Positions 8,143-15,096 of a stretch of 40,391 bases of DNA are shown in pieces. A model generated the notes under the pieces. The model saw only the letters and a list, made by a program, of their open reading frames with translations, was not told where the DNA came from and made no database searches. The stretch spans positions 1-40,391 of the forward strand of contig URXR01000002.1 of the NCBI GenBank assembly GCA_900551925.1. Reading direction: 5' to 3'. The translations under genes were made by a program, and so were the position numbers. Each line of letters starts with the position of its first letter. Within the stretch, counting starts at the first letter, position 1. The stretch is from an uncultured Mycoplasmatota bacterium (GTDB lineage Bacteria > Bacillota_I > Bacilli_A > RF39 > UBA660).

Positions 8143-9205
8143 AAAAAAGTATTTCAAAAGAAACCTAGTCTTATCGATTATATTAATTATCAATATTATC
8201 ATAATTGGAGTACTTATTTATCTATTAAGTCCTGTTTCTAAAAATAACAAAGATGTAGAATTTATAGTACCAGAAGGAGCTTCACTACTTCAAATAGGTA
8301 GAAGTTTAAAAGAAGAAGGCTTAATAAAAAGTGAAAAATTCTTTTTAGGATATACTATTTTAACTAATAAAAGAAATATATATGCTGCAACTTATACCTT
8401 AAATGATAATATGAAATTAAGTGATATAGTAGATACTTTAGATACTGGTGGAGTAAATAGTGAAGAAATAACTATAACCTTTAATGAAGGTCTTAACATT
8501 CGTCAAATAGCTGGTATTATTTCTGAAGAAACTAATAATTCTTATGATGAAGTAATAGCATTAGCCAATGATGAAACTTATATAAATGAACTTATAAATA
8601 AATATTGGTTTATTACCAAAGATATTAAAAATAATAATATTTACTATTCTTTAGAAGGATATCTTTATCCAGACTCTTATAATTTTTCTTCTAAAGATGT
8701 CACTGTAAGAGAAATATTTGATGCTATGATTACCCATATGGCTGAAAACTTAGAAAAATATCAAGATGATTTCGAAAAGAGTGATTACAGTATTCATGAG
8801 CTTATGACTTTAGCCTCTATTGTTGAATTAGAAGTAACTGAAAATAGTCGTAAAGACATTGCAGGACTTTTCTACAATAGACTAGAAGCAAATATGAGTT
8901 TAGGAAGTGATCCTACTAGTTATTACGGAGCTCAAAAAGATATGGACGCTGAACTTTCTCAAGCTGAATATGATGAAGTAAATGCTTATAATACTAGAGC
9001 AGCAGGAATGGAAGGAAAATTACCAGTGGGACCAATATGTAATCCGTCATTAAATGCTATTGAAGCAGTCCTAAACCCAAGCACTCATGATTACTATTAT
9101 TTCGTTACTGATAGAAATGGTAAAGTATATCTAACCAAAGATTATGATAATCATACTAAAGTAATAGAAAATTTAAAAAGTGAAGGATTGTGGTTAGAAT
9201 GGTAA
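8126..9205 (+). CDS. mltG: endolytic murein transglycosylase MltG (YceG family)
   Basis: N-terminal TM helix and the YceG signature LEGYLYPDSY, ASIVELE, LGSDPT, YNT. yrrL-equivalent position. Confidence 0.9.
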   Translation: MRKITKKKYFKRNLVLSIILIINIIIIGVLIYLLSPVSKNNKDVEFIVPEGASLLQIGRSLKEEGLIKSEKFFLGYTILTNKRNIYAATYTLNDNMKLSDIVDTLDTGGVNSEEITITFNEGLNIRQIAGIISEETNNSYDEVIALANDETYINELINKYWFITKDIKNNNIYYSLEGYLYPDSYNFSSKDVTVREIFDAMITHMAENLEKYQDDFEKSDYSIHELMTLASIVELEVTENSRKDIAGLFYNRLEANMSLGSDPTSYYGAQKDMDAELSQAEYDEVNAYNTRAAGMEGKLPVGPICNPSLNAIEAVLNPSTHDYYYFVTDRNGKVYLTKDYDNHTKVIENLKSEGLWLEW

Positions 9206-9810
9206 ACAGTACCCAAAACATTTACAGTGGAATAAGAGAAATAAAAAGAGAAGCCTTAGAAGAAAACGTTCCCATTATGCAAGATGCTACCATTGATTTT
9301 ATAACAGATTATATTGGAAAAAAACGCATCAAAAAAATTCTAGAAATAGGAACAGCCACAGGATATTCAGCTATCATGATGGCTTTATCAGATCCTGAAG
9401 TTACTATTACAACTATTGAAAAAGATAAAGATCGCTATATAAAAGCCCTAAAAAATATTAAAAAGATGGACTTAGAAAAGAGAATAACTTTAATTTTTAA
9501 CGATGCTCTAGAAGTTAAATTAAAAGAAAAATTCGATTTAATCATCATTGATGCTGCTAAAAGTAAAAATCTAGACTTCTTCAAAAATTTTGAAAAAAAC
9601 CTAGAAATAACTGGATCAATTATAACAGATAATTTAAATTTTCATGGCTACGTAAAACAAGATTTAGAAAAAATAGCCAGCAAAAATATTCGTGGCTTAG
9701 TTAAAAAAATAAGACTATATATTGATTTTTTAGATAATAATTTAAAATACAAAACTAAATTCTATGACCTTGGAGACGGTATATCCGTAACAGAAAGAAG
9801 GCTAAAATAA
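9190..9810 (+). CDS. trmR: class I SAM-dependent O-methyltransferase (YrrM/TrmR-like, tRNA ho5U methyltransferase family)
   Basis: ILEIGTATGYSAIMMA SAM-binding motif and DLIIIDAAK. Synteny with the two U32 genes matches yrrM-yrrN-yrrO. The start could be ATG 9199 rather than GTG 9190. Confidence 0.7.
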   Translation: MVRMVNSTQNIYSGIREIKREALEENVPIMQDATIDFITDYIGKKRIKKILEIGTATGYSAIMMALSDPEVTITTIEKDKDRYIKALKNIKKMDLEKRITLIFNDALEVKLKEKFDLIIIDAAKSKNLDFFKNFEKNLEITGSIITDNLNFHGYVKQDLEKIASKNIRGLVKKIRLYIDFLDNNLKYKTKFYDLGDGISVTERRLK

Positions 9811-10646
9811 TGGAATTAATTATAAAAAAAACTAACATGAAAGAGGGCTATCCTCTTTTTGGTTTAAAAGACCTATCAATAAATAAACCAACTTTATCTT
9901 TAGAAGAGTTAAAAAATATCAAAGACAAAAATATTTTTATCTCCATTGATAAAAACATTTTTAATAGTGACTTGCCTTATCTAGAAAAAGCTCTACAACT
10001 TATAGAAAAATTAAACCTAAAAGGCATCTTTTTCTATGATTTAGCAGTACTTTCCTTAAGCAAAAGGCTAAACTTAAAAACCAAACTTATTTGGAACCAA
10101 GATTTTTTAGTAACTAACTATAAAACTTGTAATTTTTATCAAAAAGAAGGTGTAAAAGGAGCAGTTTTATCTCCTCTTACTATCGAAGAAATTGAAGAAA
10201 TAAGAAATAACACCAACTTAGAGCTATACGTAAATATTTTTGGTCATCAATTAATGGCAGTCTCAAAAAGACACTTATTAACAAGTTATTTTAATTATAT
10301 AAATAAAGAAAATAATCAAAATATTAAATTCATGAAAGAAAAAACCGGTACTTACCCCGTAATCGAAGAATTTTATGGAACCAAGTTTTTAACCAAAGAT
10401 ATATTAAATGGCATTAGATATTTAAATAAATTAAAAGAAATAAAAATAGATTATGTAATTTTAGATAGTATTCTAATAGAAAATGACACTTTTTCTAAAA
10501 TACTAGAATATTATAAAGAGGCTATTTATAAAGATGTAACAGAAGAAAGGCTATTAGAAATGGAACAAGAAATAAATAAAATAATACCAACTAGTTTAGA
10601 ATTTTTTGCTAAAAAAACTATTTATAAGGTGAAGAAAAATGATTGA
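9810..10646 (+). CDS. peptidase U32 family protein (YrrN-like)
   Basis: Size and position upstream of the canonical U32 gene. General U32 TIM-barrel-like pattern (IFFYDLAV, GVKGAVLSP). Confidence 0.65.
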   Translation: MELIIKKTNMKEGYPLFGLKDLSINKPTLSLEELKNIKDKNIFISIDKNIFNSDLPYLEKALQLIEKLNLKGIFFYDLAVLSLSKRLNLKTKLIWNQDFLVTNYKTCNFYQKEGVKGAVLSPLTIEEIEEIRNNTNLELYVNIFGHQLMAVSKRHLLTSYFNYINKENNQNIKFMKEKTGTYPVIEEFYGTKFLTKDILNGIRYLNKLKEIKIDYVILDSILIENDTFSKILEYYKEAIYKDVTEERLLEMEQEINKIIPTSLEFFAKKTIYKVKKND

Positions 10647-11820
10647 ATTACTTGCCCCAGCGGGAGATTTAGAAAAGTTAAAAATAGCCTATCTTTATGG
10701 AGCAGATGCTTGTTATATCGGAGGAAAAGACTATAGTTTAAGAGCTAATGCCAATAATTTCTCGAAAGAAGAACTAAAAGAAGCCTCTAAAATAGCCCAT
10801 GAAATGAATAAAAAATTATATGTCACTGTAAACATAGTTTTTCATAATGAAGATTTACAAGGTTTAACAGAATATTTAAAATACCTAAGCACAATAAAAA
10901 TAGATGCCATAATTATAAGTGATCCTCTTATAATTGATATAATAAAAGAAAACAACATTGACTTAAACTTTCACATCAGCACTCAAAGTTCCACAACTAA
11001 TAAAGAAACTGTGAAATTTTGGCAAAGTAAAGGTGCTGAACGTATTGTTTTAGCAAGAGAGCTATCTAAAGCCGAAATAAAAGATATAATAGAAGAAACA
11101 AATGCTGAAATTGAAGTGTTTTTACATGGTGCTATGTGCACGTGCTATTCAGGAAGATGCATTCTATCCAATTATTTTACAGGTAGAGATTCTAATCGTG
11201 GAGGATGTGCTCAAGTATGTCGCTTTATCTTTGATTTAGAAGAAGGCAAAGACCCAAAATATTCCTTAGCAACCAAAGACTTAAATCTTGGCATCAATAT
11301 ACCAGACTTAATTGACATAGGAGTAAAATCTCTAAAAATAGAAGGAAGAATGCGAGGAATCTATTATTTAGCAACAGTAATTAGTTGTTATCGAAAACTA
11401 ATAGACGCATATTATAATAATAGCTTTGATTTAAACCTATTAAAAAAAGTCCAAAAAGAGCTTGATAAAGTAGCTAATAGAGAATCAACTACTCAATATT
11501 TTAAAGGAAACGTTACTCAAGATGATCAATATTATATTGGGAGAGAAGAACCATCTAATCAAGACTTCTTAGGAATAGTCATAGGGTACGATAATAAAAA
11601 TAAAATGCTAATTATTGAACAAAGGAACTATTTTAAAATAAACGATAAAGTAAATATTTTTACTCCAGAAAAGAAAGAATATACTTTTACTTTAGAAAAT
11701 ATTTATGATGAAGACAATAATCCTTTAGAATGTGCTAGACATCCAAGACAAATAATTAAAATTCCATTTTCTAAAGAAATACCTAATAACTCTTTTATGA
11801 GAACTTACTTTTTCGAATAA
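10639..11820 (+). CDS. peptidase U32 family protein (YrrO/TrhP-like, implicated in tRNA ho5U formation)
   Basis: ELLAPAGDLEKLKIAYLYGADACYIGG..YSLRANANNF, KLYVTVN, and EGRMR with the Cys-rich CTCYSGRC...GGCAQVC segment, all typical of U32. Confidence 0.85.
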   Translation: MIELLAPAGDLEKLKIAYLYGADACYIGGKDYSLRANANNFSKEELKEASKIAHEMNKKLYVTVNIVFHNEDLQGLTEYLKYLSTIKIDAIIISDPLIIDIIKENNIDLNFHISTQSSTTNKETVKFWQSKGAERIVLARELSKAEIKDIIEETNAEIEVFLHGAMCTCYSGRCILSNYFTGRDSNRGGCAQVCRFIFDLEEGKDPKYSLATKDLNLGINIPDLIDIGVKSLKIEGRMRGIYYLATVISCYRKLIDAYYNNSFDLNLLKKVQKELDKVANRESTTQYFKGNVTQDDQYYIGREEPSNQDFLGIVIGYDNKNKMLIIEQRNYFKINDKVNIFTPEKKEYTFTLENIYDEDNNPLECARHPRQIIKIPFSKEIPNNSFMRTYFFE

Positions 11821-11825
11821 ATATC

Positions 11826-11854
11826 TTGACAAATACTCAAAAAAATAGTATCCT
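11826..11854 (+). promoter_or_regulatory. sigma-A-like promoter of greA (TTGACA-17 nt-TATCCT)
   Basis: Consensus -35 at 11826-11831 and -10 at 11849-11854. RBS AAGAGGTGA lies before ATG 11889. Confidence 0.55.
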
Positions 11855-11888
11855 TTTACTTAGTTTAAAAATTAAGAGGTGAATTAAC

Positions 11889-12362
11889 ATGTCAGAAAGA
11901 AAGAAAATTTTCTTAACTCAAGAAGGATATGATGATATAAAAGAAGAATTAGATTATCTAATTAACACAAAAAGACCAGAAAATATCAATGCTATAAAAG
12001 AAGCTAGAGCGCTAGGAGACTTATCTGAAAATGCTGATTATGATGCTGCTCGTAATGAACAAGCTGAAATTGAAGCTAGAATAAAAAAACTAGAATCTAT
12101 TATGGATAACGTCGAAATAATAGAGGAAGTATCAACAGATCAAGTTGGGATTGGCAATACTGTTAAAATTTCTTATATCGATGATGAAGACGATACAGAT
12201 GAATATAAAATAGTAGGAAGCCAAGAAGCAGATCCATTTGAAAGTAAAATTTCTAATGAATCTCCTATTGCTAAGGCTCTTATGGGTCATAAAGTAGGAG
12301 ACGTAGTATCTGTTGAAAGCCCTAATGGAAGTTATGAAATTAAAGTAGTAGAAATTGGGTAA
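11889..12362 (+). CDS. greA: transcription elongation factor GreA
   Basis: LTQEGYDDIKEELDYL...R..I...I..AR..GDLSENADYDAA..EQ coiled-coil finger with the DxxE acidic tip, and a C-terminal FKBP-like domain. 157 aa. Confidence 0.95.
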   Translation: MSERKKIFLTQEGYDDIKEELDYLINTKRPENINAIKEARALGDLSENADYDAARNEQAEIEARIKKLESIMDNVEIIEEVSTDQVGIGNTVKISYIDDEDDTDEYKIVGSQEADPFESKISNESPIAKALMGHKVGDVVSVESPNGSYEIKVVEIG

Positions 12363-12384
12363 GAACTAGCAATAGTTCTTTTTC
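12361..12384 (+). terminator. intrinsic terminator of greA
   Basis: AAGAACTA / TAGTTCTT stem with a GCAA loop, followed by a T-run. Confidence 0.7.
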
Positions 12385-12404
12385 TTAAAAAAGTAGGTGG
12401 TAGT

Positions 12405-13544
12405 TTGGAAAGTTTAAATAAAAAAGACGTAATAACTATGAAATTACTTCATTATTTTATAACCGAAGAAAATTATAGTCCTGTTGTTTTACACGGAGCC
12501 AAAAATGAAATATGGCTTGAAAATATGGATAATGATTATAAAATAGTTAGAATTGTCTCAAATTATATTCATAATAATGAACAATTAGATTTTGATATCT
12601 TTAAAACAAAAAAAATAGTAAAAAGTATTAAGAAAAAAACTTTAAACGTTAATATGCCAGTTCTAAGTATCTTTATTGATCTTGGTGATAATGTAGAGCT
12701 ACGTGAAGAAAAAGATATGGATCTAGTTTACCTAGAAAATGAAAAAGATATTAAAAAATATGATTTTCTTTACAAACACTTTCCTGATTTAGATAAAAAA
12801 TTGACTTTTAAAGAAAAGGGGATGAATTTATTTTTGAAAATAACCGAAGATATAAATAAAAAAAATGTCGAAGAAGCTAGAAGAGTAGAAGAAATTTTTA
12901 AACCTAAATTTCCAATTGTAACTTATGTTCTAATAGGAATAAATGTTGCTATATTCTTAATAGGTATGTTATTTGGACTTAATAATGTCTTTATTAATCT
13001 ATTTGCTAACTATGGACCATATGTAGTAGATGGAGAGTATTATAGACTTTTAACTGCAACCTTTATTCATGCCAATATTTTTCATATTGCTTTTAATATG
13101 TATGCTTTATATTTATTAGGAAGTCAAGCGGAAAGTTTTTTTGGCAAATGGAAGTTTTTAATAATTTATTTATTAAGTGCTATTTCAGGTAGTTTACTAT
13201 CAATCCTTTTAAATCAAGGAGCAGTATCAGTAGGAGCCAGTGGGGCAGTATTTGGAATTATGGGAGCTTTATTATACTTTGGTTATAATTATAGAGTTTA
13301 TCTAGGTAATACCCTAGTAAAAGCAATAATACCAGTCATACTAATTAACTTCGCCTTTGGTTTTATATTAACTGGAGTAGATAACTATGCTCATATCGGA
13401 GGATTAGTCGGAGGTATAACAACTGCTATGGCAGTAGGACTAACTACTAGATCAGGAAAAACAGATAAATTAAATGGTATTATTATTACAATTCTATTAT
13501 TTGCATTCTTAATATTCATGAACTTTTTCTATCAAAACATATAA
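12405..13544 (+). CDS. rhomboid family intramembrane serine protease with ~170-aa N-terminal cytoplasmic extension
   Basis: FIHANIFHIAFNMYALY, GASGAVFGIMGA (catalytic Ser) and AHIGGLVGG (catalytic His) within a 6-7 TM core. The TTG start is preceded by GTAGGTGG. Confidence 0.85.
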   Translation: MESLNKKDVITMKLLHYFITEENYSPVVLHGAKNEIWLENMDNDYKIVRIVSNYIHNNEQLDFDIFKTKKIVKSIKKKTLNVNMPVLSIFIDLGDNVELREEKDMDLVYLENEKDIKKYDFLYKHFPDLDKKLTFKEKGMNLFLKITEDINKKNVEEARRVEEIFKPKFPIVTYVLIGINVAIFLIGMLFGLNNVFINLFANYGPYVVDGEYYRLLTATFIHANIFHIAFNMYALYLLGSQAESFFGKWKFLIIYLLSAISGSLLSILLNQGAVSVGASGAVFGIMGALLYFGYNYRVYLGNTLVKAIIPVILINFAFGFILTGVDNYAHIGGLVGGITTAMAVGLTTRSGKTDKLNGIIITILLFAFLIFMNFFYQNI

Positions 13545-13549
13545 AAATT

Positions 13550-13579
13550 ACAAGTATCAGAAATGGTACTTGTTTTTTT
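13550..13579 (+). terminator. intrinsic terminator of the rhomboid gene
   Basis: ACAAGTA / TACTTGT stem followed by T7. Confidence 0.75.
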
Positions 13580-13598
13580 ATCTAATAAATTATATAAT
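13570..13598 (+). promoter_or_regulatory. sigma-A-like promoter (TTGTTT-17 nt-TATAAT) driving the orphaned 12-codon leader
   Basis: Consensus -10 at 13593-13598. A paralogous arrangement (TTGCAA-17-TATAAT) precedes the second leader at 40241-40269. Confidence 0.55.
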
Positions 13599-13633
13599 TA
13601 ATACATAATAAGACTAAGAAAGTAGTGAGAAAT

Positions 13634-13671
13634 ATGAAAAAACAAAAAGAACAAACTACAAAGGGGAGTTA
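13634..13671 (+). pseudogene. 5' fragment (ATG + 12 codons, MKKQKEQTTKGS) of the glycine-rich protein gene, cut off by the IS
   Basis: The reading frame runs into the IS terminal repeat and stops inside it. It joins in frame to 15081 onward if 13672..15080 is removed. Confidence 0.6.
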
Positions 13672-13707
13672 TGTCAATATTTGGTACAACATTTTGAGGG
13701 GGTTTTA
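13672..13707. repeat. IS terminal inverted repeat (orfB-proximal end)
   Basis: TGTCAATATTTGGTACAACATTTTGAGGGGGTTTTA pairs with the reverse complement of 15041-15080. Confidence 0.7.
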
Positions 13708-14573
13708 GAAGAAATTTGAGATTTTTCAAACTCAATTGGAGACATTCCCCCAATAGAAGAATGAATTCTCTTAGGGTTATAAAACCCCTCAATATAATCA
13801 AAAATAGTTTTGTAAGCATCTTCATAGTGATATAAAGTAGTATTATATATACATTCTTTTTTTAAAGTAGCATGGAAAGATTCTTGAGCAGCATTTTGAT
13901 CGCATGAATGATTAAGTTCTGTATAACTATAAAGACAATGATGATTACTTAAAAGCTTTCTATAAGATTTAGATCTAAATTGAGCACCTTTATCAGAATG
14001 AATGATTAAACCTGGTAAAGGTTTTCTTTTTTTAAAAGCAATGTTAAAAGCAATCTCGATGTTAACAGTTTTTTGATTTCTAGATAAAAACCAACCAACA
14101 ACTTTTTTACTAAAATAATCAATAAAAGAGATTAAATATAAAGTACCATCATAAACAGTCTTAATATAAGTAATGTCAGTAGTCCAAACTTGATTTATAT
14201 GCCATATATTTAAATTGATAATTAAGTTTTTAATTAAGGCTTTTTCTTCTAAAGTCATAGGAGATTTTCTATGTGGGAAGTTTTTAGTGTGGATACTTTT
14301 AATACCAAGGAATTTCATTTCATTAGCAATTTTCTTTTGAGAGAAAGAAAAGCCTTGATTTTTAAGTTCAATAGTGATTCTAGGGGCACCATATATACCA
14401 TTAGAATTCCAATAAATATCAAGAATTTTAATTAATAATTTAGCTCTTTTTTCTAGATTAATATGATAAAAATGTTTCCAGTTGTAGAAAGAATTTCTAG
14501 AAATGCCTAGGACTTTACATTGAGCAGCGATAGAATGAAATTTAGAGTTTTGTAAAATAGCAAGATAAATCAT
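13674..14573 (-). CDS. IS3-family transposase OrfB (DDE/RNase H-like integrase core), probably made as an OrfAB fusion by -1 frameshifting
   Basis: WTTDITYI (D), IHSDKGAQFRS (D) and NAAQESFHATLKKE (E), followed by YNPKRIHSSIGGMSP. The stop codon lies inside the terminal repeat. Confidence 0.9.
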   Translation of the reverse strand: MIYLAILQNSKFHSIAAQCKVLGISRNSFYNWKHFYHINLEKRAKLLIKILDIYWNSNGIYGAPRITIELKNQGFSFSQKKIANEMKFLGIKSIHTKNFPHRKSPMTLEEKALIKNLIINLNIWHINQVWTTDITYIKTVYDGTLYLISFIDYFSKKVVGWFLSRNQKTVNIEIAFNIAFKKRKPLPGLIIHSDKGAQFRSKSYRKLLSNHHCLYSYTELNHSCDQNAAQESFHATLKKECIYNTTLYHYEDAYKTIFDYIEGFYNPKRIHSSIGGMSPIEFEKSQISSKTPSKCCTKY

Positions 14574-14851
14574 TTTCCGTTTTTGATGTAAAATCCTAAA
14601 GTTTTTTTTAAAATATCATTGGTGTTCTCGAGTTCAGCAATTCTCTTTTTAAGCTTTTGAATGTGTTGTTCTGGAGAGATGTAGTCAGAGTCAAAAACTT
14701 TATTATTTTTATTATAAGCAGTAATCCACTTTTCAAGAGTTTTTAAAGGGACATGTAAATCATTAGCAGTTTTCAAAGTAGAATGTTTAGAAATAATAAC
14801 AAGTTCAGCAGCCATTTTTTTGAATTCATTGCTATAATAACTATTAGCCAA
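14570..14851 (-). CDS. IS3-family transposase OrfA (helix-turn-helix)
   Basis: 93 aa with TTG start 7 nt after GGAGGTGA. MAAELVIISKHSTLKTANDLHVPLKTLEKWI HTH and a leucine-zipper-like C-terminus. Confidence 0.85.
   Translation of the reverse strand: MANSYYSNEFKKMAAELVIISKHSTLKTANDLHVPLKTLEKWITAYNKNNKVFDSDYISPEQHIQKLKKRIAELENTNDILKKTLGFYIKNGK
14602..14609 (-). promoter_or_regulatory. programmed -1 ribosomal frameshift site (A-AAA-AAA within an A8 run)
   Basis: In the orfA frame the sequence reads TTA AAA AAA ACT. A -1 slip continues as NFRILHQKRKMIYLAIL, which is the orfB frame. This is the canonical IS3-family arrangement. Confidence 0.75.
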
Positions 14852-14914
14852 AAAATCACCTCCTTTAAAATAAAGATAAAGATAAAAAAGAATAAAATCA
14901 AGGAAAAAGGTATT

Positions 14915-14936
14915 TTACTTTCTTTAAAGAAAGTAA
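14915..14936. repeat. perfect 22-nt palindrome in the IS leader (TTACTTTCTTT|AAAGAAAGTAA)
   Basis: Read directly from the sequence. It lies between the terminal repeat and the orfA start. Confidence 0.9.
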
Positions 14937-15040
14937 AGGAAATTATAGACATGAAGATGTAGAAATGGTATTATAGATATATAGAAAAGTAGAAGAAAGG
15001 AAGACAGTTGTATGAAGAGAAATAAAGAAAAAGTAACTAA

Positions 15041-15080
15041 TGAAACCCCCTCTGAAAACTGTCCCAAAAATATACTAACA
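15041..15080. repeat. IS terminal inverted repeat (orfA-proximal end)
   Basis: The reverse complement is TGTTAGTATATTTTTGGGACAGTTTTCAGAGGGGGTTTCA. It shares TGT.A.TAT.TT..GG.ACA..TTTT..GAGGGGGTTT with the other end. Confidence 0.7.
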
Positions 15081-15096
15081 TCCAAGAAAAATAGAC

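Larger units (their letters stand above)
13672..15080 (-). mobile_element. IS3-family insertion sequence, 1409 bp, TG...CA ends
   Basis: Two overlapping ORFs (orfA HTH, orfB DDE) with an A8 slippery run, imperfect terminal inverted repeats, and 47 bp identical to a second copy at 40345..40391. I found no flanking direct repeat (left TTA, right TCC). Confidence 0.85.

Noticed and set aside
13598-13825. Minus-strand 75-aa ORF crossing the IS boundary
   Set aside because: It overlaps the 3' end of transposase orfB in another frame and runs out of the IS through the terminal repeat. No RBS. Spurious.
13668-15084. Target-site duplication flanking the IS
   Set aside because: The left flank GTTA/TTA and the right flank TCC/TCCA do not match at 3, 4 or 5 bp. 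Either there is no duplication, the ends are off by a base or two, or the flanks were exchanged by IS-IS recombination. I cannot resolve this from the window.
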